From contig CP075496.1 of NCBI GenBank assembly GCA_021613535.1, forward strand, positions 8,308,001-8,372,000: a stretch of 64,000 bases of DNA, read 5' to 3'. Shown one piece after another: positions 53,707-64,000 of this stretch. This stretch comes from Adineta vaga. Lineage: Eukaryota > Animalia > Rotifera. The notes beneath the pieces were generated by a model. That model searched no databases. It was not told where the DNA came from and worked only from the letters and a program-made list of their open reading frames with translations. The position numbers were made by a program, and so were the translations under genes. Within the stretch, counting starts at the first letter, position 1, and each line of letters opens with the position of its first letter.

Positions 53707-55908
53707 ATGGCAACAACAACGGCAGCAACACCATTGAAGGACAGTGGTATACATATTATTGTCTACGATGAACGTGATAAATTTCTTCCACTTCTACGTA
53801 AAGCAATAGTTGAACCACTTTCATCATTCAATCATCTAGGATCTTGTATGACCTATATAGATGAAATTACGATGGAAAATGAAGCAGTTGTTGTAGTTAC
53901 AACATCAGTCGAAAATCGTGTTTTAAAAACGTTTGAAAGTTCAAATCTTATAGAAGCTGTTTTTATTTTCTCGACAACGAACAAAACTATAGATAGATCA
54001 CTTACCAAAGTCGTTGGTATTTATTCTCGAATTAATGATTTATTACCGATATTATTTGAAACAGTGGATTCGATCGAAATACAACTGAATGGAAATAGTA
54101 TTCTTTTTCATTGTGCAAACAATGGTAGTGATAATTTCAGTTTTTATTTTTATCATCTCTGGTTTAATCGAAATCTAACGCAAAAATTAACAAAAACTGA
54201 TCTTGTCGAACAAGCAAATATTTTCTTTCGTTCAAATAAACAAATGAAAACTGTTATCCATGACTTTGACGTTACATATAATAAATCAGATGCATTAAGA
54301 TGGATTGATAAATATAATTATCCATTTCCATATTATATACTTATATCAAATGCTCTTCGTACACATGATCAACATATTTTAGGGTTAACTCGTTTTTTTA
54401 TTGCTGATATAACACGACAATTGAAACTTTTATCATTAATTAATATTTCCAATTCGGCCTATTATGGTACAAAATTGCCTATATCAATAGTTGATCGATT
54501 TGAACATCAAACATCAAGAGATATCATTGCTTTTCAATGTTTTCTTCCTGTAACAAAATCGAGAGCCAATGCATTAGCAGCCGCAATAAAACCAACAAGT
54601 CGTCGAAAGATGGCTAGTGTACTTTTTAAAATAGATGCAAGTAATGCATATGGTGTTCATATGAATGATATTATCTTCATTGATATGGCTACACCATTTC
54701 ATATTGTAAATGTTTCAAGATATGCTGGTTTCAATAGTGGTCAACAGTTGGTGACAATTGTTCAATTAGTTGCACTTGAACCTGTTTATAAACAACAATT
54801 ATATGAACAATTTATTCAAAAACAAATAAAAGCAGGCAGAACATTAGATGACTTTTTAATTGATACAGTACCTCTTCTCAAGTAAAATAAGATTGAAGAA
54901 AATCTTCTATTGAGTTTTCCTTTTCTAATTTTAGAACGAACGATAGTATTAAAAAACAAAAAGGTAAGAAATCGGATGGATTCATATTTGTTTTTCGTAT
55001 TATTTTATCTTGTTTTAGTGCCACAAAAAAGTGAAAATACACAAGATATTTGGTACGTATCGATACTTGTCTTTTTGAAGTGCGAGAATCAAACTGAGAA
55101 GAATTGTCTATTTTTCTTACTTGATGATCTTTATCTTTGTTCTTGTGAATTTAGCGAAAATGAAGCTATAGCAGATGAATTTATATCTCGTGGAGAATGG
55201 AATCAAGCGATTGATGCAATGGCTGGAATAAAAGATCCAAATGTTCGTGTGTTAAACAAAGCAGGTTGTATATTACATGAATATTTACAAAATCTACCAG
55301 CTGCACTTGAATGTCATGAACGTGCATTACGTCAAGCTATCGATAGAGAACGAGCAGAAACGCTTGTCTATCTTGGTAATGTTCATAATGATATGGGACA
55401 ACATGTCGAAGCATTGAAATGTTATTCTCAAGCATTACAATGGTATGAAAATGAAAATCCAAAAGATCCAGCTACAATTGCTCGATGTCTTGTTGGCCTT
55501 GGTAATTCACATTGGGCTTGTAAACAACTCGATGAAGCACTTGATTGTGCTCGACGAGCTCTTATTCTTCGTGAACAAGAAGTCAAACCAAGAAATGATT
55601 TTGATATAGCTGGTTGTCTTGGTAATATGGGAAATATATTACATGATCAAGGTGATATGGAAGGAGCATTAGCATGTGCTAAACGAGCTGCTGAAATATT
55701 GAATCAATGTGGAAAAGGTGATCCTCGTCTAGCTGCAGCATTAAATAATTTAGGTGCGATGTATCAAGTCTGTGGTGATTATCCTAAAGCACGCGAAAAT
55801 TTTCAACGTGCACTCGATGCTTTACCAACGGAAAATCATCCATATAGAACAAGTACATTGAACAATATTGCTCGATTGAATACGATTGAAAAAGCTCAAA
55901 AATCATAA
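53707..55908 (+). CDS. Receiver-like module + degenerate ADP-ribosyltransferase-like domain + TPR array (4 exons: 53707-54881, 54935-54963, 55019-55052, 55155-55908)
   Basis: TPRs include ETLVYLGNVHNDMGQHVEALKCYSQAL, IARCLVGLGNSH, IAGCLGNMGNILHDQG and LAAALNNLGAMY. The middle region LISNALRTHD..TRFFIADI..AYYG..FQCFLPVT..VLFKID follows the layout of bdelloid ART-TPR proteins. Confidence 0.8.
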
Positions 55909-56354
55909 TTAGATTTTTATGAATGATAAAAGCAAATAAAATTAAGCTTTTTTTGTCAATATAATGTATCATTTTGAATTTGTGATGTCATCCTTGAAAC
56001 ATTAAAACAATTATTTTTAGGAGTACATTTGTTTTAATATTGATGGATATTCTCCATAAGTTATGTTTAGTTTCAGACTTCAATGATTTAAGTTGTTGCA
56101 TAATCGATGAAAATCATCTCTCGCAATTTTTCTTTTTTTGATTCTTTTGTAAGAATGAATTTGCAGTTCTTTTCTCTCATTTCTCGCTTATCAATGTTAA
56201 CGAGTACACTACTCTATTTTCATTATTGTATGTAAGTTGTCTTTGACGACAAGCAAAACGAGATCGAATAAAGAAGAAGAAGAAAAACGAGTGCGCAATT
56301 CAAATCACATTCTGATTATTTTTTATTCTCGAAACAATCATTCTTTACTCCGTA

Positions 56355-56549
56355 ATGGACAAGGCTGTACATGATCTATATAAAGAAACAAATGATGATC
56401 AACAAAAAGTGATTGCACCAAATGATGGTAGTTCAACATCGGTACCAACAGCAACTGAAACAGTTGGCCAAAGCCTTGTTGGTCAACAAGCAACAAAACC
56501 AGTAACTCAAGCTGATACAGAAGCAAATCCAGCTATCAAACCGAATTGA
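56355..56549 (+). CDS. Hydrophilic micropeptide A (64 aa), paralog of 56661..56825
   Basis: MDKAVHD...DTEANPAIKPN shares termini with the downstream ORF and has higher GC than its flanks. Confidence 0.6.
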   Translation: MDKAVHDLYKETNDDQQKVIAPNDGSSTSVPTATETVGQSLVGQQATKPVTQADTEANPAIKPN

Positions 56550-56660
56550 CATTCAAACTTTCTTTTTCTCCTATTTGTAAAAATAATCATGAATAATTTT
56601 GTTTTTTAGATATAAAAAAAAGTTTATTCATACGTATATATATATATAAATATATATATA

Positions 56661-56825
56661 ATGGATCACGCCGTAGTAGAAAACGAAAAACGACAAACAG
56701 ATATTAAAACTGTACCTGATGATGCTAAAACAGGTGCGACAGCAGCAAATAGTCAACCACCAGATACAACAACGTTAGAAGGAACAATAGCGAATGAAGC
56801 GAATCCAACCACAAATCCACGTTGA
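56661..56825 (+). CDS. Hydrophilic micropeptide B (54 aa), below the ORF-track cutoff
   Basis: MDHAVVENEKRQTDIKTVPDDAKTGATAANSQPPDTTTLEGTIANEANPTTNPR*, translated by hand. Confidence 0.6.
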   Translation: MDHAVVENEKRQTDIKTVPDDAKTGATAANSQPPDTTTLEGTIANEANPTTNPR

Positions 56826-57297
56826 ACTTGATGTATGAATAACTTTTATAAGGACTAAGTTTTAAGATTATTTTTCTTCTTTGTATCATATTCAAGTAAT
56901 AAACGATAAAAAAAACAACTAAACGGATGCTAACACTATATTCAGTTAAAACAGCAAGTACTTTAGAGCATCAGTTCTTGAAAGCTAATAAAATATGATG
57001 CTATGAACGCAGACAGGACTAAAATCCTAGATAACGGTTCTTTATAAGAATAAGAGACATATGATTTTTACTTCGTATTTTAATAAGAACAATTTGTCAA
57101 ATTTGAGTGCGATAAGAAAAAAAGTCAAAAAGAAACACGTATAACAATAAAATTCAATTTTTTTTGTCAAAATTTATCAGGAGACAAAGACAATTGAATT
57201 AAAATTTAATACTAAATACTACAATATTTTGGTCAAAAACTGACGTGATCAATCTGACAGATTATAATTGATATATACAAAACACAGTCTATAGTTT

Positions 57298-58337
57298 TCA
57301 AACAGAGACTAAAGTAGCTGTTGCATTACTTCGTAAACGTTTCATTTGGTGATCATCATTTTCTGGATTCATTGTTGATGTTATCGAACGTTTTGCAATA
57401 CGTGATGCTAAACCAATATCATCATTATTCTGCTCATCACCATTAGTAACAGCTTGATCTACAATATTGTTTAAAATTGATGAAACCGTTTCTATATCTT
57501 GATCTTCGCCTTCTTCATCCAAGTCTTCTAATGCTTTCATATAAGATTTTTTGAGTAAACATATATCAAGAAAATTCTGACCACCACGACGACCAAATGA
57601 TGCTTTCCATAAACGACCAGTCGTTGATGACGATAATATTTCATCATCTTCATCTTCTTCTAAAGAAAAATAATAGTTTTTTTTATTATCAAAAATGATC
57701 ATTTAGAATTACAGATGAGCTTACCTTCTTGATCATCGATCAGTGTCATTGGTGTCGATAGGAAAAGTTTGGAATCAAATTGCGGTAATTCATCTTTATG
57801 TTCTAATAATTCACATAGATATGTTTGTCGTTGAGATAATTCTTTAACTTGTATTAATAATTGTCTAACATAATGTTGTTCAAATAGTTCGGAACGTTCT
57901 TCACAACGAAATTTAAACTTTAAATCCCCATGAAAAATTTCAATCGATAATAATCGTGATGATAATAGTTTAGCATGTAATTCATTATCTGATTTATCTT
58001 GTTTAAGAGAATCAATAGCTAACATAGATTGTAGACGTTCTAAGACAGATACTAAATCACCACGATGAAAAGATGTCTTTCGTGGATTATTTAATAATTG
58101 TAAACGTTGACGAATTTTTTCCTCATTTAAATATTCAAAATAAGCCGTACCATTCAGATAAAATGCAATTGATATTGATGTATCAGTAAAATGTGGTTGA
58201 CATAATATCACAAGATGACGATAAGGTGGATCAAGACAACCGACAAATGTTGACAATGGTGATGACATACGAATAAGACGTATTGGTGTTTGAGCAAATG
58301 TACGAGAACATGTTGAGGCAAAATCTTCGAAAGACAT
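57298..58337 (-). CDS. NHEJ1: Probable divergent XLF/Cernunnos NHEJ factor (2 exons, ~324 aa)
   Basis: AYFEYLNEEKIRQRLQLLN aligns by eye to XLF VWHEQVD..VVSQRAKELN. GDLKFKFRC..SELFEQHYVRQLL..ELSQRQTYLCELLEHKD aligns to GLPFYWNFHC..VSQHLIRPL..ALQ.Q..ELA.LL..KD. Acidic disordered tail. Confidence 0.55.
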
Positions 58338-58423
58338 ATCTGAAATAAGGAAAAACCTAGACTACTTGCTTTCTTTTTCTTCGAAAGACTAAATGGGAAA
58401 AGCACTGTTTGAAATCTAAAAAA

Positions 58424-60435
58424 CTATTCGGATTCTTTTTCTTTCTGTCGAAATTTATGTCTTGTTTTTATAATGTCGACGAATATGTTTCATTTTTCAG
58501 TACACGTCGTTGATATTGTATATTAAGTTGTTCAATAAATATGAAGGTAAGAATTGTATGAGGACCAAGACGAGAAAAGTATGGTGTGAAACCTTTCCAG
58601 AAACTTAATATTCCTTCTTGTCGAACTATTCTTTGGAAAACATCCTAAAATTGAATATCAAAATAAATATTAAATGAAATATTCGATGCTTAGCAGATAC
58701 ATGAAGGATTATTTCAAAAAAATACTCTCTGGAAAGTTATCAATACATTCTTCTGATGAACTTCGATTGTTTAGTTACAATTGAGATTTAAAAACAATTC
58801 ATAAGTTATTCGAAATATTGTTTATTTATTCGATGAAAACTTTAGAAATAGTGTCCACGAAAGTTATAATAAAGGTGACTATTCGAATGAAACTAGATGA
58901 AAATAAGAATGAATGTTCTTTTTATAGGTTGAAAGAACGAGAATATGACCGATAAACTATACAAATATATTTGAACGAAAGCGAAAAAGAAAAGAAGAGA
59001 AGAAGAAAAAGAAGAGATTCATGACCGAATGGTTTATTTGACGACATGAAAGAAGTGAACAAGTATAAATATATATGTATTGATGCATCAAATGAGATGC
59101 ATTATTCAAAAGTTGAAAAAAACATGTAAACTTAAGAAAGTTCTAATTATAGTAATCGTCGAATGATTACATAAGTGGCATGGACCTTGATATACGTTCT
59201 TACTTGTACGATAATAATAATCAAAAGTTCTTGTTCGATAAGAAGTACATGAGATAAGGAATCCAGATAAAAAATAACAGCGGTTACATTATCTTCCTGT
59301 TGTTAGAAAGACTGTGTATGAAATCTACTAACATATTATAACTTTAGGTCGTCAAACTAACTCTTTTCAGTCAGTTATAGAAAGAATGTTGTATTAAAAA
59401 GGTTCACAAACCAGAAAAAAGACAAGTTCTTTTATCTCAAGATTAAATTTGTTAAATAATCGAGACATCTTATCTAAATCTTTATCAGAAGTTGTAACTT
59501 ACCAATATGCTACTGTATTCTGGTTTGCCTGCTATAATTTTCATATTTTGATATCTAGTTTTAACAATATCCACAGGTAATGATACAGCTGTAGTTACCA
59601 ATGCGGCAATTAATGATGAAACAGCATGTAAAAGAAAGCCTTGTTGCATATAACCGGATGATATAAGTACTTGTTTAGCTTGTGAATAAGTTGGCATTTG
59701 AGCAGCATTAACAATCATAGCACGTGTTGCTGTTGGAATAGCTCCACGCCATAATTTCAAAACACCTTCGTCTCGTATAATACGTGCAAGAGCATCAAAA
59801 ACATGTGCATAATTTCTTCTTTCAGCTACAGGTAATCGTCCATCGAGCGTCATACGAATCAATGCTACTTCAGCTGGAGTACCAAGGAATGAACCCAAAC
59901 CACCACTTGCAACACCCAAGAGAAGATTGACGATAAAAGCAGGCGGACGACCATCTGGTTGTCGAAAGCGTTCTAATAATGCCTGATATATTCCTAAACG
60001 TGCAGTTGTATATGTTGCCTGACGAAATAAACCAGCTGAAAGACTACAATCGAACAGAATCGATAGAATTTGAATTTTTATTTTATAAATTATTATTCTA
60101 CCCGGAATAAATACCGCGTAAACCTTCTTTACCAAATATTGTTGTTAAAGCATGAAAACTTGTCTTATATTCTTTAGCAGCACCACCAACACCACTCATT
60201 TGCATTCGATTTTTCACTACATCCATTGGATGAACAAATAAAGTTGCAGTCATTCTAAAAGCAAAAATTTGAATACTAACGTAGTATAACTAATTATATG
60301 TTCGTACCCAGCTACACCACCAATTAAAAATTTAACAGAATTTGGTGTATTTGTTGCTACTTTGGGTGCATCTGATGTGCTGGTTGGTGATTTTGGCACA
60401 TTGGATAAATTGTTCGGTACGGACTTCGATCCCAT
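58424..60435 (-). CDS. SLC25A11: Mitochondrial 2-oxoglutarate/malate carrier
   Basis: Motifs include VKFLIGGVAGMTATLFVHPMDVVKNRMQ, GLSAGLFRQATYTTARLG, GTPAEVALIRM..DGRLP..ERRNY, PVDIVKTR and WKGFTPYFSRLGPHTILTFIF. Confidence 0.95.
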
Positions 60436-61460
60436 ACCTTATCTATCTTTCAAAATGATTAGATCGATTGAAACAGAAATAGAAAAATTAAAAAATCGTA
60501 TTGCTTTTATGATTTACTCACTAACGAAGAAACGAAATGATTAGATGACAGTATAGATTGTTGAAGAACCAATGGTACAATGCACAAATCCTACCGCCTG
60601 CTACAGATGTCACTTCCATATTAAAAATCGATATTTTCAATTGAAATATAAAACAGTTAGAATGGAGTGTTCAGCATTATTATAAATAAATATTTGCGAT
60701 GAATAAGTTGTTTTTTTCTCTGTATGGTTATTGTATCACAGATATTTCTTTTGAATATGATGATTGATATTGAAAGATGCATTTTGAGGCAAAATGAATG
60801 TGTTCTAATATTTAACAAAAGTAAAAATGAATAAATTTTCTTTTAATAAACGAGACAAACAATAATTATTGTTCAGTCAAGTAGACAATATTTTCTATTG
60901 TATTCAATAGTTTTGACGACGAATTCTTCCTTCAATGTAAGAGAAAAACAATTACTATATCATTGTACAGTGTAATGAATTCGAATATTAATAGTAACAC
61001 GTAAAATTGAAATAGATTGTATATTTCTTTGATGTTATTTGCAAAAAAGGAACAAGTATATACGTCGGTTCATCAATTTGACTTGATTGAACAGTATAGT
61101 GGTTACATATATGTAACAAAATGTTAGAAAAGCAATTCGTTTTCAAAACACAGTTTTATGATATATTCTGAAAAATGCATGGAGTGTCTATAGAAAATAC
61201 GAGATGTTATATAGTATTCTAATCCACAATTTAAAAGACAATAAAAGTCTAACTAAATATTTATCAAATATTCTGAAATAAATCTCAATAATATTTACTC
61301 AGTGATCGTATTCTACACATATTTTAAAAAGATTTTCTCTTAAATCTAAAGTTGATTTAATTTGGCTTAATTTTTATCTTGAGGGTGTTTGCTTTTAGAA
61401 TAAAATAAGACTTTAAATACTCAGACTTATTATCAGAATAAGCAACAAAATAAGTTCAAA

Positions 61461-62496
61461 ATGTTGTCGATATTTTTCTTCTTAATCTTAGGTGGACAAT
61501 TTATTTGTATACAAGGATGGGGTGCCGATGGGCATAGTATCATTGCTAGACTTGCTGAAAGTGAATTGACTGATTCAGCATCAAAATGGATTCGAAGCCT
61601 TGTTCCATGGCATTTCGATGGAAATTTAAGTGCGATGGCTTCATGGGCAGATTCTATTATTCATCAAAATTCCAATCCAACTGGTTTTGATAATTGGAAA
61701 TGGTCAAAACCATTACATTATTTAAATATTCCTGATTGGAATTGTACTTATCACGTCAATAGAGATTGTATTAATAATATTTGTATCGATGGTGCAATAA
61801 GAAATTATACAGAAAGATTACAAAATAACTTAGATCTTGTTCAACAACAGGAAGCATTGTATTTTCTAATTCATTTTGTAGGTGATATTCATCAACCATT
61901 ACATACGGCTTTTTCAAGTGATTTTGGTGGTAATTCAATTGAAGGTTAGTATAGAATTTATAGATATTAATTGAAAAGAAACTATGATTGATCTATGAAT
62001 TTTAGTTCGTTTTATGAATGATACGAAAAAAACAAATTTACATTCACTTTGGGACTCTGGAATAATAAAATATCATATGAAAAATGATTTTCAATCGAAT
62101 GTAAATAATTATTATGAATATATCTATAAATTAATGATACGTGAGTCAAAACCTAATGATGATGATGATAATCAAACTCAACAATGGGTTAAAGAAAGTT
62201 TGAATTATGTTTGCAATGATATTTATTTCGATGATCGTAATAGAACTTTGAATACAGATGGAACATATAATTTAAATAGAAATTATTACATACGAAGTAG
62301 AGCAATTATTGAAAAACGTCTTGCTCAGGGCGGACGTCGACTTGGTGCACTTCTCAATCGAATCGAACAAAATCGAGCAACGCCGATGACATCCAAAACT
62401 TCATTAACTCTTGTTCCAAATATTTTAATCAGTGTCACATGTGTTGTTACAATTTTGATTGTAATTTTTAGTGATTTTTCTATGCATTCAATGTAG
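61461..62496 (+). CDS. S1/P1-family nuclease with signal peptide and C-terminal hydrophobic anchor (2 exons)
   Basis: Mature N-terminus WGADGH, then ASWAD, LHYLN, GAIRNYT, EALYFLIHFVGDIHQPLH, DFGGN, NLHSLWDS and RLAQGGRRLGALLN. The Zn-ligand motifs are present. Confidence 0.95.
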
Positions 62497-62794
62497 AAAT
62501 AAGAATCGATCGTAATTTCTTTGTCGACAAGAAGAATAAATATATTTTACTAAATAATTCATTTAGATTCTTAATGAAAATTAGCAACAATTTTTCTATC
62601 TATACATAGAAACAGAACTTATCAATTACTAGTTTTGTTAATCGATGCAGACATACCATCTAGATAATTTAACATTTCTGAATAATCGAAAGGGCATCTT
62701 GCAATGCCTGGATATCAGAATAACATATCAATATATAATTAACAAGTCTATTTCTAATCTAAGAAGCAATTCTTTATTTTAAAATCGTGTATTT

Positions 62795-63395
62795 TCAGGT
62801 TTTGTTCTCAATTCGAATTCTTTTAAACGTTTTTTACTTCGTTGATGAATTACATGAATAAAAGCGAGTATATAAATGCCAAGGAATAGAAAAATACTGA
62901 CATAAGTTAAAACAATCAATATTAAAGCACCACGCATAACAATCGTTTGACAAAAAAGTCTTGTTGATTCAAAATTAACTTGATTATCATTAGAATAAGC
63001 ATGATAAACACGTATTTGAATAAGAATAAAAAAGATGAATGTAATCGAACCAAATATAAAACTAATAAGACCTAAATAATATTTACATATAGATTATAGT
63101 ATATTGATCAAAATATATCCAACCTACCAACAAGAAGTCGAGGTATTTTTCCAGCTGTATCACTTTGTTGATTATTTACTGAAGTAAGCATTTTAAGAAA
63201 ACGATAAGCAATACCTAAGAAAAATAATGTAAAGATTCCACCAATAGCCATAAGTAAAGGAAGATCAGGTGCAAGTGAACATTGATGACTAGCATTTTGA
63301 CCATCTTTTACAACATAATGAAATCCAATGGAAAGTTGAATTATAGGAATAATAAAGGTGATAATGACACAAATAATAATAATGACACGAATCAT
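62795..63395 (-). CDS. TMEM272-like four-TM protein (2 exons)
   Basis: IPIIQLSIGFHYV...CSLAPDLPLLMAIGG matches the IG..Y..C...P.IP..L.V.G pattern. Exon 2 has further TMs and a conserved C before the last TM. Confidence 0.6.
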
Positions 63396-63423
63396 TTTAT
63401 TAATTAAAATTGTCTGTGTTTTA

Positions 63424-64000
63424 TTACAACAGTTCAATGAACAAAACCTGGTGAAAATGTACAGAGTCAACTATGTGTGACAATATGAGTAGTAAGAATG
63501 AGAGTATAATGACAAAAACAATTGTTATCGGTGAGACACATACATGGACGATATGATGTGAATCTTAATGAACAAAGATGAGGAGGTGATAATGGATGAT
63601 AATTATATCTATCCAGTTTATCGTTTTTTTGTTCACGACGTTTTCGTCGTCGTCCTTTTAACAATGATGGTAATGTTAATGAACCACATGGATATCCCGA
63701 AAAAAGACGAACATGTGCATGTCTTAAGATATTAAAGGTTCGACGTATATTAGATGATTCAAGTAATCTTAATAATGTATCATATTCACTTCGATCTACT
63801 AGTTCACTTTTCACTTGTTTTTCTTCGATAAAATAGTTTTTATCAAGTTTTTCTAACATAGAAATAATATTAGCAAATGAAAACTTGGAAGATGTGGAAT
63901 AATCATGAAATGCTAATTGACCATTGATATCAAGTTGAGCAGAAAGATTCGGATAGTGTTGGAGAATTGTAGAAACAAGATCTGTTCGTTCATTTTCATT
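63424..64000 (-). CDS. 3' part of an unidentified protein (5' end outside the window)
   Basis: The frame is open from 64000 (NENERTDLVSTILQHYPNL...HVRLFSGYPCGSL...YHPLSPPHLC). A probable final intron (gtatgt...cacatag) gives the ending FDSVHFHQVLFIELL* at 63424; the unspliced stop is at 63467. Confidence 0.6.

Noticed and set aside
59491-59506. aacttaccaa resembling part of the remembered rotifer spliced-leader sequence
   Set aside because: It is simply the reverse complement of the SLC25A11 splice donor (ttg|gtaagtt); the rest of an SL exon is absent.

Overview
This is AT-rich (roughly 30% GC by eye), gene-dense eukaryotic DNA with many short (about 50-70 nt) GT-AG introns. The gene content and style are most consistent with a bdelloid rotifer (Adineta/Rotaria-like); this is an inference, not shown directly. 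About 30 protein-coding genes can be assembled by hand, plus one tRNA-Cys(GCA). Recognisable genes are EXOC7, RAC1, an SLC35D nucleotide-sugar transporter, a tetraspanin, a POU class III factor, ALKBH1, a divergent merlin, a TRAF/MATH protein, ENO4, TPC3, GRAMD1/Aster, CFAP97, a KDM4-like JmjC protein, CPQ, SLC25A11, an S1/P1 nuclease and a TMEM272-like protein. The best candidates for novelty are: (1) a pair of paralogous hydrophilic micro-ORFs (MDxAV...EANPxxxP), the first of which may sit inside a 5'-UTR intron of the second; (2) a probable divergent XLF/NHEJ1 only 86 nt downstream of SLC25A11 behind an apparently unpaired splice acceptor, suggesting an operon or trans-splicing; (3) three receiver-like alpha/beta modules, one fused to a catalytically dead ADP-ribosyltransferase and TPRs through two frame-coupled micro-exons; (4) a KDM4-like enzyme with a remodelled methyl-lysine pocket and a CCHC knuckle; (5) a membrane-anchored S1/P1 nuclease that is a probable horizontal acquisition. 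No transposon, rRNA or CRISPR array was seen. Exon boundaries were read by eye and family calls come from remembered motifs, not database searches.
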